Shown here: positions 35,183 to 47,159 of the stretch, piece after piece
How positions within the stretch are numbered: position 1 is the first letter of the stretch
Layout of the letters: every line of letters begins with the position of its first letter
Assembly: GCA_964270895.1 (NCBI GenBank)
Contig: OZ185437.1
DNA from: Podarcis filfolensis
Taxonomy: Eukaryota
Length of the DNA: 64,000 bases
Direction: 5' to 3' (one strand)
Position numbers and translations under genes: made by a program
The notes under the pieces: generated by a model
Told to the model about the DNA's origin: nothing
Seen by the model: only the letters and a program-made list of their open reading frames with translations
The model's database searches: none

Positions 35183-35552
35183 GGGACGCGGGTGGCACTG
35201 TGGTCTAAACCACTAAGCCTAGGGCTTGCCAATCAGAAGGTCAGCGGTTTGACGCCCCGCGACGGGGTGAGCTCCCATTGCTCAGTCCCATCTCCTGCCC
35301 ACTTAGCAGTTTGGAAGCACATCAAAGTGCAAATAGATAAATAGGTACTGCTCTGGCAGGAAGGTAAACAGCATTTCTGTGCGCTGCTCTGGTTTCGCCA
35401 GAAGTGGCTTAGTCATGCTGGCCACATGACCCGGAAAAACTGTCTGCGGACAAACACCGGCTCCCTCGGCCAGTAAAGTGAGATGAGCGCCGCAACCCCA
35501 GAGTTGTTTGTGACTGGACTTAACTGTCAGGAGTCCTTTGCCTTTACCTTTT
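35183..35552 (+). mobile_element. Full-length Sauria SINE
   Basis: Starts GGGACGCGGGTGGCACTGTGGTCTAAACC (tRNA-like head); body matches recalled Sauria SINE; ends in an (ACCTTT)-like tail 'cctttgcctttaccttt'. Confidence 0.85.
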
Positions 35553-36773
35553 TAATGTGGATGGACACTTTTAATGTGTTGTACTGTTTTGAAGTGTGTT
35601 TTGAGGATTCTGCATTAGCATGTACTTATCGGTATAGGAAGTTGCTTTGAGACTTGTTTCTTTTTTAAGGAAGATACAAGCAAATTAAATGATGTTCAGT
35701 TGTCATTCTATCTTAATTTTAAAAGCTGAAAGGACCAGACTGGCTTCAACAAAGCCCCAAGCCATCAACATTTGTAAACAATCATTGCAACTGAAGCATA
35801 TCATTTTCATCTCATGCCAACAACATTGGCACCAGGCAAGGATCCCTGGGAACAGCACTCCTGAAACTGGGCTGCCCTGAGTAAAGCATGTGTTGGGTGA
35901 TTGGGGCCAGTTTAACCAGAGAGGCTATGAGTTAAGGCTCTCTTTTTCTGCCTATTTTGGTTCTGGTATGTTACTATATTAGGAAGTGGGGGGGGGAGGA
36001 GAAAACATTAAATGGGGACTGTCATTTCAAAAGGGAACGACAGCTCATTAGAAGAGCTCTCAACTGATTTGGACAAATCCTATGGGACCCTGACTCTCAA
36101 AATTACTGGGAGAAAAGCAACAATGCAAGCAGTAGTTGCTTCAGCAGGGTTTGTGCAGGTTCTGTTGCTATGCCTGCTGAGGGAAGGGTGCTTAAGCCTG
36201 ATTATATATTTGTCAGACATGGGACTGCTAAATTATTGCTTTGGGCACGATTCTTCAATTAATGAGTGAACTTTTAAGCAAGAGTATTGTAACAGTAAGA
36301 AATGTGTGTTGCTCTCCCAAAGAGTTAGCTGTCTGCTGTCTGTAAGCAGAGATGCAACGTTGCCCCCTACCTTTCTTGATTCTAGCCTGCTGAGAGCAGC
36401 AGAGTGAAATGTGTGGGGTGAGAAAATGTGTGGTTGAGGACATGCTTTGAACAGGCTTTATAGTACCAATGGTAATTCCTACAGTGATATCCTTTCTGTT
36501 TGTTTGTATAAATCCTAAATAGAAGGTCCCCATCCAAACTGGTTAATCTTAACTATGCTTTGTTGATACAAGCCAACTTCATAAAGAATGCCATTGTGTG
36601 GACCTTTTCTTCCTTTAAAAGTAAAAGGAAGATTAAATATTTATTTAACACTTTTAAAGGCTTATTCTGGCTTGTCTCACCACGGCATTTAGATTTTAGT
36701 AGAATTTGGAGTTTGCTTAAATCTGAAATATCTTTTGAAATGTAGTATAGTAATACAATCTCTTTCTAAACAG

Positions 36774-38965
36774 GTTAACAGAATTTCAAGTTCATCCAAA
36801 TAGAACATACGTCCCAGCATCAACTAATAATGCAAGAAACTTTGAGGGATCAAAACTGAAAAATAAATTCAGAGATTTAGTTCCAGAGAACAATTCAAGA
36901 ACCGATTCTAGAACTACCCAAGCCCTGCCTAAGGACAAACCTTGCGGTTATTCACCTTGGGGTACAGAAAATAAGAAATTGCCTCCAGAAAAAGGAGACA
37001 CTCTGTACGTATCTCAATCTCATCCTGAACAGCTTTGCAGAGATGGTACTCATGTAAGGCTTGCAAGTGTTGACAGCTCTTATGACAAAGAAAAAGGGAA
37101 AAAAGAAACGAAACATAATGAGCATCATAGCAGTGAGAATGACAACAGATACAAAACAAAAGCACACCAAAATCTGGGCAGCACACTAGAGGGAAAGTTG
37201 GATCCTCATGGAAGGTTGGAAGTTAATCCAGACAAAACAGAAAAAAATGGACTATGGAAAGACAAAAAGGACTTGAAGCTCAAAAGCAGCCCACATACAG
37301 AAAAAAGAACTGGTAAGGTCCCTTCTGCTAGGGAGAAACAACCAACTCCTAAAGACACATCACTGTCAAAACCAGAACACTCCAGCAGTGACAGGAGTGA
37401 AAAGTCACAAAACAAAAATCAGAAGGACCTGAAACTGAGAAACAAAGAGGAAAGCAACAGCGGACAAAAAAACAGGCAATCTGACAGCTATCTAGAACAA
37501 CAAAGAACTGGCAAGGTTAGTAGTCCCCCTGAATGGAATAAAATTGCCAGAAGCCCTAAAAAATTAAGCAAAAGCTATGTGAAAGACAGAAAGAGAAAAC
37601 ATAATGATTGCAGGAGGAACAAAGAAGCAAGCGGTCCTGTGCCCTGTGGAGGGAAACCTTCACCACCACCACCACCACCACCTCCTGTTTTAAACAAAGA
37701 GCCGAAACATGGCCACCCTAAAGAGGATAGCAGTAAAAGTGAATCTGAACACACGCGTTCAAAATCGGGCAGACATAGAACTGAAGAGAAAAGGAAAAAT
37801 GAGAGAGATGATTCTGATGAGGCCAGGACTTCTCAAAATGAAAAAAGAGAATCAAAGGAACCATCCCTCCAAACAGGAAAAGGAGCCATAAAAATGAAAG
37901 ATAGTGCAAAACGGGAGAAAAAGAAGTCCTTTCAATCAGTAGAGACTGCCAAGGTAGTTGAAGGCTTGGAGGAGCAGGTGCCTATAAAAGTTAGAAGGGA
38001 AGAGGAGCAGTCGAAAAGCAAAGACTTAAAACTGAGCTTTATGCAGACACTAAATTTAACCCTTTCTCCTGCTAAGAAGCAAACAGACAAATGCAAAGCA
38101 GTGGCAAAGTCTACCAATAAATGTGGTACAGAAATTCCAGGTCAGGAAGTCATGTTGGTACCAGCTGAGGCTATTGGTGCTAATGCCATTAAGCAAACAC
38201 AAACACCACTATCACCGATCTGTGACAATCCTGTTCAGACCAAATCGGAACAAGTAATGCCTCTTTCTGAGGTCAAAATGAAGGTGGGAAATGAGGGGCT
38301 GCCAGAAACTCTAAACACAAAGCCTTTGAAGACAACCTCAGACCCACAAGATATAGCAGCGCAGTGGGCGCCGGAAGATATGAAGCTCCTGACTGAGGCA
38401 AAAACTGGGATGGGAGAAGCTGGTGGAGTTGATAAGATGCATGTGGCTTCTGGTTTAGAAAGCCCCTTGGATCAAGACACACTTCCCAATAACTCTTTCA
38501 GTGATGTGGAGACTCTAAGTTCTGTGGATTTTGATTCTTTTAGTGTAATAGATGAGATCAGTGGGACAGATTCAGACTCACTGATGGACAAGAAGGAGTC
38601 CAGTAATTGGACAGGTGAAAATGTCTTGGAGGGTCCTGAAAAAGAGAACAAGCCTATGCCTCATAAAGCTACTGTGGAAGAAGGCAAAATACTGAGTGGT
38701 GGTCACTTGGAGCCAAGCTTTCCTGACCGTAACCATGAAAACCACTTGGAAACATTATACAATGAAGGGTTAAAACCTACATCTCCAGCAAGAGAAATAA
38801 GCACAGTTTCTGTTGATGATGATAACTCTATTCTGAGCATTGATCTCAATCATATGAGGAATATTCCAAAAGCAATCAGCCCACTTAATAGTCCAATGCG
38901 ACCTTTGGCTAAAGTACCCCGAATGGAAAGCCCTTACGAAGGACCTGTGAAAAGCTATAATACAG
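36774..38965 (+). CDS. CASP8AP2: FLASH coding exon 6 (first large exon)
   Basis: aaacag|G TTA ACA...ACA G|gtatat; 2192 nt open; contains KDLKLSFMQTLNLTLSPAKKQ and ILSIDLNHMRNIPKAISPLNSPMRP; the ORF track call 36979-39009 is this exon running into the intron. Confidence 0.94.
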
Positions 38966-39321
38966 GTATATGTTTAATATGCTCTGCCTGTTACATGATT
39001 TCTATTTGAATGAGGAACACATTAAGCATTCACACGTATACCGATGCTAAACATAACTGAGTTGCAATTAAGTTCTGTTTGTTTTCAGTAGAACTTGCTG
39101 CACAACTTGTAGGCAAGCGTGCTTCATCTGTGCAGTGCAATCCTGTACATATCTTCCCCATTGAGTTCAGTGGAGCTTTTTCTTTAGTAAGTGTTCTTAG
39201 CGTGTAGGAATTTACGACTGTGATCCCATACACGCTTGAATGGGAGTACTAAATGCAACTTCTGAGCAACACACAAGATCATACTGCACAGCTGCAATTC
39301 ACAGGCATTTTTTCTCAAGTT

Positions 39322-39498
39322 AGGAAACGAAGCTGCCTTATATTGACGCTTTGCCCATCTAGTTCAGTATTGTCCACATTGAGTGGCCGTGGCTGTACAA
39401 GATTTCAGACATGAGTCTCTTCCAGGCTTACCTAGAGATGCCAGGGATTGAACTTCAGACCTTCTGTGTTCAAAGCAAATATTCTGACACGGGGCTAC
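39322..39498 (-). mobile_element. Degraded tRNA-derived SINE (Squam3-like)
   Basis: Reverse complement reads ...gaaggtctgaagttcaatccctggcatctct...gacaatactgaactagatgg...tataaggcagcttc, similar to a recalled squamate SINE consensus. Confidence 0.6.
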
Positions 39499-40078
39499 TG
39501 ACTGTCCTGTTTAAATTCAGTGGGGAGTAAGATGTAGCTTTCAGTCTGCTAGCTCTGAGGTAGATATTTATTCAAACTGATTACATAGGAGGAAACTATT
39601 AAAGGCAGTAGTGGCTAACCCATGACCCTCTGATGCTGCTGGACTACAGCTTCCATCAGCCCTGGGGAATTGGGGTCCAACAGCATCTAAAGGGTTTCCC
39701 CACTCTTGAAAATTAGAATTGCAAGCCACGTTAAGCTACAGAGTGCAACCCACATTCTGGCAGAACTCTTTGCACAGTTTTGGAGGCAGTAATAATTAAA
39801 AGTGCCTTTGGGCTTAATCTTGCAATTTCAAGATAAGTTGCCATGGAACTTGATATATAAAAACTGTTTCCATGCTGAATTTTTTTTTAATCTAGCTCTT
39901 CTTCCAAAAGCTGCCTGTCCTCTGCTAAAATGCAACGCCTAGAGCTACTGCCACTTCTAAACAATTATGTTCACTGTTCTAAACTAAAATTGACTATTAG
40001 ATTATACTGTCATTGGAATTTGTTTTGAGACTTGCTACTTTGGGCTGCTTAATTAACAAATTGTTTCATTATTTCTAG

Positions 40079-43000
40079 ATTTTGTTCCAGAAAATGCAGT
40101 TGTCTATCCTGGAAGGAACCAGTCCAGTGAACTGAACAAGGAAAACCAAAAGCCTCTTTGCTCAGATCATCAAATCTTAGAGGAGTCTCAGCTAAGCATG
40201 TCCTCAGATGAATTAGAAGAAGGTGAAATTGTAAGTGACAACGATGAGCCTAAAATAGAAGCCAACTCTGAAAATAGTAAAAAAACAAGAAGAAAAGCAT
40301 CTCCAGATAGATCTAATTTGACCAAGAGTACTTGCAACCACAAGGTCAGGACAACATCGTCCAGAGAAGGTACAGGAAAATTGTCTTCTGGGGGAAAAAA
40401 TAAAGAAAATCCCAAAGATGGAACTATAATGCGCTCCAATGAAGTAAAGAAAATTAAAACTGTGAGCATAGACAGTCTTGAAAAAATAGTTCAAATTATT
40501 GTTGTACCTTCTACAGTGCATGAGTTCATGCAGATGCTGAAAGCTATAAGAAAGCAAGTACGGAAAAGCTACATGAAGTTTAAGATACAATTTCCAGTAC
40601 AGCATTTTCATAGGATCATAGATTCAGCTATTTTGAATTTTACATCTCTGGTAAAATACCTTGACTTCTCTAAAATGTCTAAATCTAGTGAGGCTTTAAA
40701 GCTGAACCTCTGTGAAGTTATAGAATATAAACTTAATCGGATCAAAGAGAATAGTGCAATAGAGCATCTCTTTGAACAGCAGCAATCCGATATGAAGAAA
40801 AAGTTGTGGAAACTTGTGGACGAGCAGCTTGACTACTTATTTGATAAAATAAAAAAAATTATTCTAAAGCTATGTACCTTGGTAAGCTTTGGAAATGAAA
40901 GCGATGAAGGTAAGCTTGATAAAAGAAAGAAAGAAAGCCCCAAATGCCTTATAAATCATAAAAATAAAATTGACAGACAGAAATCAAAGAAACCAGCCTT
41001 AAATGCTAGAATGCAAAGGCCTGAAGAATGTACCCCATCAAAACCAGTAGCAGGTAACCAGCTATTGAAGCGAGGTCACCATAACACAAACAAAATGAGT
41101 ACACAGAAAAATGTGACTGCAAAATGTAGAAGTTCCCATACTGTTAACCCAAAACATTCTCGGACTGAAGCTGAACCTTTCAAGGAAAGCTCCATGTCAG
41201 AAACTTCTTTGAATGGTAGAAAAAATGAAAATGAAAGATTGCATATGATTGGAGACTCTCACAAGTCTGATATTAGCTGTGGACCTCTCACAGAACAGCA
41301 GATGTCTGGCCTGACATTCAACCTGGTGAATGACGCTCAAATGGGTGAAATGTTCAAAAGTTTGTTACAAGGCTCTGACCTTTCAGAAAAGAATGGTGAC
41401 TTTATCAGTGACAATCAATGGGAGTTCAGGACACCAGAAAAACACACCCCAGATGGCCAGAACTGTGTGAATGAGCCTCCATATGAGACCGAAGAGCAGA
41501 TTCCAAGAGAGACTGGAGTTGAGTCAAGAGTACTAGATGGAATTAAATGGCCTATAGTTTCACCTGAAAGAGATTCAGCTTTTTTAGCTAGGCTGCAGAT
41601 GCCAATTGATCCAGATATTCTTGATGAAAGCTGTATGTTTGAAATTCCTACTAGTCCTGCTTTGAAGAAAGGTGAGGAGTGCATTTCAGAGAAACCAAAA
41701 TCACTTGTCTCTTCTATTCTTCTGGAAGACCTAGCTGTGTCGTTGACTATTCCCTCCCCTTTGAAGTCAGATGCTCATCTTAGCTTCTTGAAACCTGACA
41801 TGTATGGCTCAGTTCCTGAGGATGTTCTGAGCGCACACTTCAGTGAAGATGCCCATCTCGAAGAGGAGGATGCTTCTGAACAGGACATCCATTTGGCTTT
41901 GGAATCTGATAATTCAAGCAGCAAATCAAGCTGTTCTTCATCATGGGCAAGTATACCTCCTGCTCCTGGATTTCAGTATTGCCCAAGCCTTCCAATGCAG
42001 GCAGTAATAATGGAGAAATCAAATGACCACTTTATTGTTAAAATAAGGCGTGCCGCACCATCTACCTCACCAGTCCTTGAACAGCCTACTCTAGCAAATG
42101 AACCACTGACCTCTTCTAGTGGGGCAGGAAACAAGGAAATAGTGTTGGAAGAAAAATTAGATACTTTGGACCTCAAAAGCATTCCTTTGGAAGATACAGC
42201 AACATCTAAGGAAAATTTAAAGATTATTGACTCTGAGGGTAAGCTGAATGATGTTGGAGAGAGACAAGTTACTCATTTGCTGGGGTCTGAGAAGGAGCCA
42301 CCTCTGTGCCTTGCAAACGATCAGGTTCCTCATCTTTCTGAACCCCAACAGGAACCTCATTCTGATGCCCCGAATGAGGCACTTGAATCTGTAGAGGACC
42401 TGTTCAGGAATGCCAGAGAAGAACGACCTTGCAATCTTGCAGCGTCTGAATTGCTTCAGGAGCGATATACTAATGCCAGTCAAACTCAAGGCCCTGATTT
42501 ACTTGGGCCCCATCAGGTGTTGCACAGTGGTGCTGGCCCAGAAGAAGCCACTGATTTGCAAGAGCCATCTAAAGAACCAGGGAGAACTTTAGAATCCTTG
42601 ATTAAAACTAGCCAGCATGAGGACACACCTGAAGTGTTTACACTACCTCAGGCACACACTGTGAAAGTTTTTCAAAAAAGAGATGCATCTTGTGCTGAAT
42701 TAGAACATTCTCCAATTAGCTGTGCAGCAGTTTCCCTTGTAGAAAAGTTGTCTTCCGAGACCCATTTTGATATATGTGTAGACTTGACTGATGAGACTCC
42801 CATAGAAAATGAAGTTGATTCATGGGATCTTACAGTGGAACGTGCTTCAAATGCTAGAATGGGAGGCTTATGTAAAGATAAAGAGGAGGAGAAGACAGTG
42901 AACCACCATGTAGCAGATGATCATCCAAAGCATGATGTTGAAGCAGTTGTAAATTTGACAGAGCATCCGCCTGACAAGTGTACAGCAGATAAGAATTTTG

Positions 43001-43307
43001 AAACAGGTACTACTCTAAATACTAGTGGCCTGGGATGTGAAACAAAAGAAAGGAAAAAAAGAAAAAAAGAGACAGAAGACACATCCAACGCAAAAAGACA
43101 AAGAAAGGAGAGTAGTGAATTGGCTTGTAAAAAAAACAGCAAAAGGTCTAAAGAGATTACTTCAGTGACCACAGACACATCCAGTAATAAAACTGCATCA
43201 GTCGGAGACAAAGATTCTTTACCATCAACATCCTCCCTGACACCCTCAAGTCTGTGTGCCAAAAACATCATTAAGAAAAAAGGGGAAGTTGTGATTTCTT
43301 GGACAAG
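40079..43307 (+). CDS. CASP8AP2: FLASH coding exon 7 (second large exon)
   Basis: ttctag|AT TTT...ACA AG|gtaaga; 3229 nt open; DELEEGEIVSDND at 40207-40245 resembles the ARS2-binding FARB motif; also VMEKSNDHFIVKIRRA-like block (VIMEKSNDHFIVKIRRA here) and KNIIKKKGEVVISWT. Confidence 0.95.
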
Positions 43308-43928
43308 GTAAGAATACAAAACCAAAACCAAAAACCGAATCAATGGGATGAATAAGGGAGGTCTGGAAGTGTATAACAGTTGTAGATAGAGTGATACATT
43401 TCTGCATTCTGTGGCATGGGCATTATTACCCTAGCAAACATTTTTTCTTGGTTGTACGTTCAGCTTTGTTGACCTGTCTCATGAATCAGGAAAGGCAAAT
43501 ATGTAGTCTTATTTTTACATTGCAGTTGAAACTAGGTTTTCTGAACTGGAAGGTAGGGACAGTAAATTGATTGAGAGGGGGAAACTTGGAAGCCCAAGTG
43601 AGCACCTGGTGGGTTGAATTGTGGCCTCTTGTCTTGACAGGGTTCATTGTATTGTGTATACTTTCTTTGTGGAAAATGTCTGCATTTAGCAGTAAATCAT
43701 GAAGCCTAATATAGTCCCAAATGGAAATCCTTGCTTTATTTCCATTTGCTTCATTGAGCAATGGTGCAAAGTAATTAGAAAGTATAAGCTTTTACTTTGT
43801 TTTACAAATATTTTTTCATATCCGAATGAAACCGAAGGGCAACCATTCAATCTGTTTTGGTTTTTTTGTGGGGTTTTTTTTTTTGAGAGAGAGAGAAAAC
43901 CTGACCTCAAAGCCATTGAACAGAGTTT

Positions 43929-44063
43929 TTAATGTCTGATGTTTTCGCTGTATTCTGTTACATTTTGTTAGAAGCTGCCCCAAGTGGCTGGGGCAAGTCA
44001 GTCAGATGGGAGGGGTACAAGTAATAAATTGTTGTTGTTGTTGTTGTTAATTATTATTATTAT
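43929..44063 (+). mobile_element. L2 LINE 3' tail
   Basis: 'agaagctgcccaagtggctggggcaagtcagtcagatgggaggggtacaagtaataaatt' followed by (GTT)n(ATT)n. Confidence 0.65.
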
Positions 44064-44306
44064 AAGATGATCATCACTGTTCCGAAGAAGCTTCAGAATG
44101 GCGTGAACATAATGGGTATCATCTAGTTTATAAGGGAGGGTTTGGGCAATTGCTATTAGCCTTCAGAATTCTGTTTGTCTTCATTAACAGACTTTTAAGA
44201 ACTTATTTCGAGTTACAACATTGCTGTGTGAAGTGCAATAGACATAGATAGACTTAGTTCAAAACAGTGTTCAGATGTTGAAGTTACCCTTGTATGTTTA
44301 TTATAG

Positions 44307-44406
44307 AAATGATGACCGGGAGATTCTATTGGAATGTCAGAAGAAAGGACCTTCAGGAAAAACATTTGCTTCTGTTGCTGTCAGGTTAAATAAAAGTCCA
44401 GCTCAG
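44307..44406 (+). CDS. CASP8AP2: FLASH coding exon 8 (Myb/SANT-like domain)
   Basis: ttatag|A AAT GAT...GCT CAG|gtacgt; [33 protein letters not shown]; 100 nt. Confidence 0.95.
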
Positions 44407-45189
44407 GTACGTATTTTGGTAAGCAATTGTGTTTGAACCTCCCTCGCACACAAGTGTAACTGTGTTTCTGTCTGGTTGAGCAGTGCATATCTTCAGAAAT
44501 ATAACCCCATGACACTCTACTGAATTCATTAACATTTCTTAGGAGAGAAAATGTATCAGTAAAGATGTGTCAAAATTCAGATTGATCTACAGACTAAAGA
44601 AATGATTGGTAGAAAGGAAGTTAATTTTTAAAATATATTTATATGAAAAGTAATATTACATCCATATAGGCTTTACATGTAATTTTATTTGATCTTATAT
44701 AACCCTTTGGGTATATACCATGCCATAAAAGATATACATAAAGTCTGAAGTGGGGGCGGGGACTTGTTTATTCTGAGGTGGCAGTCTTACTAATGATGCT
44801 GCATGTGGATATGCAATATTCATACACAAGACAGGAATCAATAGATTTATACCTCTGGTGCCTTTAAACTGTGGAAATCCTTTTTTATGAAAGCCTACAT
44901 AACCCACTTTAGTCTGTTTAAGATGAGGGAATGTTCACATCTACATATACTGAGGCCATTCAATACATAATGTTGCTTCTCCATATTGGCAAGGGTGCCC
45001 TACCTGAAGTATGCACGTGAGCTGAGCAATCGCTGAAAAGGCTGGCAGCATTTCCATGATTGTAGTTGCACTTTTCAGTAATCAGAACTGGTGGGATATG
45101 TTCATATTCATATCTGCACATGTGTGAGAAAAAAAGCATACTTTATTTTTAGGGAAATAACTTTTAGACTCTTTCCTTTCTCTCCACAG

Positions 45190-45246
45190 GTTGAAGAAAG
45201 ATTCAAACAGTTGCTGAAACTATTCAAGATGTCAAACTGCAGCTAG
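45190..45246 (+). CDS. CASP8AP2: FLASH last coding exon (stop TAG); total CDS 6003 nt = 2000 aa
   Basis: ccacag|GTT GAA GAA...AGC TAG; VEERFKQLLKLFKMSNCS* (human VSERFQQLMKLFEKSKCR*). Confidence 0.95.
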   Translation, partial: VEERFKQLLKLFKMSNCS

Positions 45247-45303
45247 TGGCTATACTATTGCTACTAAGAATGGACTGCTATGAGTTTATGTGCACTGTGT
45301 GCA

Positions 45304-45334
<31 letters not shown>

Positions 45335-45805
45335 AAGAGAAATGGGACATGTAATCAAAGTCAGAATAACTGTTTGTTGCTTCTCCATTTAGGTAGACTT
45401 AAAATGCACCTTTTATGCCCACAGATTTCATAATAATGCCCTGCTTTCTCAATTTTTTTTTTGAAGGTATCAAACAGATCTGTTGGACCTATTAGTGTCC
45501 TTGAGCAGCCTTGCATATTAGAGAGCACAGAGGAAACAGGAAGTGCATACAACCTGTCTTTCCTGTTACCTGAATTGCCTAGAGTGAAACTTTCATATCT
45601 CTCCTTAGAAGTTTCATTTGGGATTATAAAGAACGGTTAGGGGAAGTTGAAGTGCAAGACACTATAGTACTTCTCGTTCCTCTGCATTCCACTGTGTCTG
45701 AAGCCATTATTTTATTAAAACTTTGGGGACAGCAGATGATCAATTCCTAGCACATGGGAAGTTGAATTCTTTGAGCTGAAACACCTCATGCTATTGATTT
45801 AAAAA

Positions 45806-45940
45806 CAGACAGCGAACCTGTTGCCTTCCAGAAGTTGTTGGATTCCCAACTTCCATCAGCCCTTACCATCCTGGTCAATAGTCAGGACGATGGGCATTGT
45901 AGTCCAACAATATCTGGAGGGCCATAGATTCCCCACCCTG
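45806..45940. mobile_element. hAT-type MITE in the probable CASP8AP2 3' UTR
   Basis: gaacctgttgccttccaga ... tctggagggccatagattccccaccctg inverted arms; flanks atttaaaa / atttagaa. Confidence 0.65.
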
Positions 45941-47153
45941 ATTTAGAATGTCACAGAGAAATGTTGACCACTAGAAAACACAAGAGGGTTGGTTGTTAAA
46001 CAACAGACTCCTCTTTTCTCTCAGTTTTCAGAAAGCACAAACACAGATTGTGAAATTTTGCAGTATATTACCCAATGGCATTTGTTCAAAGATGTACTGT
46101 ACATACAGTCCTTATTATAGATCATACAAAGTTAGCAAATTTTGGCAGGAATACATCAGTATTTGCAAGTGTTTCCTCAGATGAGCCAACACAATGGCAG
46201 CATTAGAAATAATGCTAAACCATGAAATATGGCTTGTTTAACAGTACTGTGCACACAACTCAAGCTTTCCTGCTTCACTCTTCCATTAGTTCACCTGGGA
46301 AACAAACCACAGAGCTCCTGGCTTAGCATTATGTCCCAACCAGTGCTTATGGTTTTCCCATCACAATAAACCATAGTCTGAAGCCAAAGTTTCTTTTTGC
46401 CTTCCCAGTCATGGTTTGGAGAAAAGAAACCAGAAGTGCTGCTAAGCCAGCCACTCCGTTTTTGTTCACCAATTTTACTAATGGGCGATGAGTGTGATTA
46501 GAGAAGCCATAATTTGTGGCTTAGCATTGCAGCCAAGCAGAGCAATTATTTGGAACCTGTATGCACAATTATTTGTATTTAAAAAGCCAACTTTTGCAAT
46601 TTAACTACAATTGCCATTTCGTGTTAGCTTAAAAGTATTGCTTCCCTTTACAACATACTTTCAACATTTTATGAACTAAGTGTAGAATCCGAATATGTAA
46701 ATTCAAAGGTGCTTAAATTAAGAGGTTCAAAATTTTAATTGCAGGTAATCCAGAGAAATTGATAGACACCTCTGCCCTAATAAGTCCTAACCTTTAGAGA
46801 AGTGAGGGTCTTGTTTTGGCAGCTATTTCTGCTGAACTTGTGCACAGCTGGAAAAGCCCTAAGTGGCTCCCCAGCCTTTTATTTCAGAAAGAAAACAATA
46901 TTATAAAAAGGTGAAAACTCATTTCTTAAAGTCACTTACTGCCGTTCTGATCTGGATATGTGTGTTTGTGTGTGTAAATAGTAGAGTTTAAATGAGACAC
47001 TTCTGTAAATACCTGTACAGATTCTCTAATGTGTAAAATATTGTTCTTTACCTGAACATTTTTGATTACATAAAACAAGTTTTATTTTGTATCTACTAAA
47101 TACTGCACACCGTTAAAACCCCAAACTTTGTAAAATGAATGCACTTAATATTC

Positions 47154-47159
47154 ATTAAA
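47154..47159 (+). terminator. Candidate CASP8AP2 polyadenylation signal ATTAAA
   Basis: Ends an AU-rich UTR-like stretch (46980-47160) and is followed by GU/U-rich 'gaagtgttttttataacatgtgttgctgt'. Confidence 0.45.

Noticed and set aside
38966-39009. C-terminal extension of the 676-aa ORF (GICLICSACYMISI)
   Set aside because: Read-through past the ACA G|gtatat donor; the frame continues correctly in the 40079 exon
36929-43343. Antisense ORFs (60-140 aa) opposite the large CASP8AP2 exons
   Set aside because: Shadows of a long sense ORF with biased codon use; hydrophobic F/L/S-rich translations mirror K/E-rich sense codons
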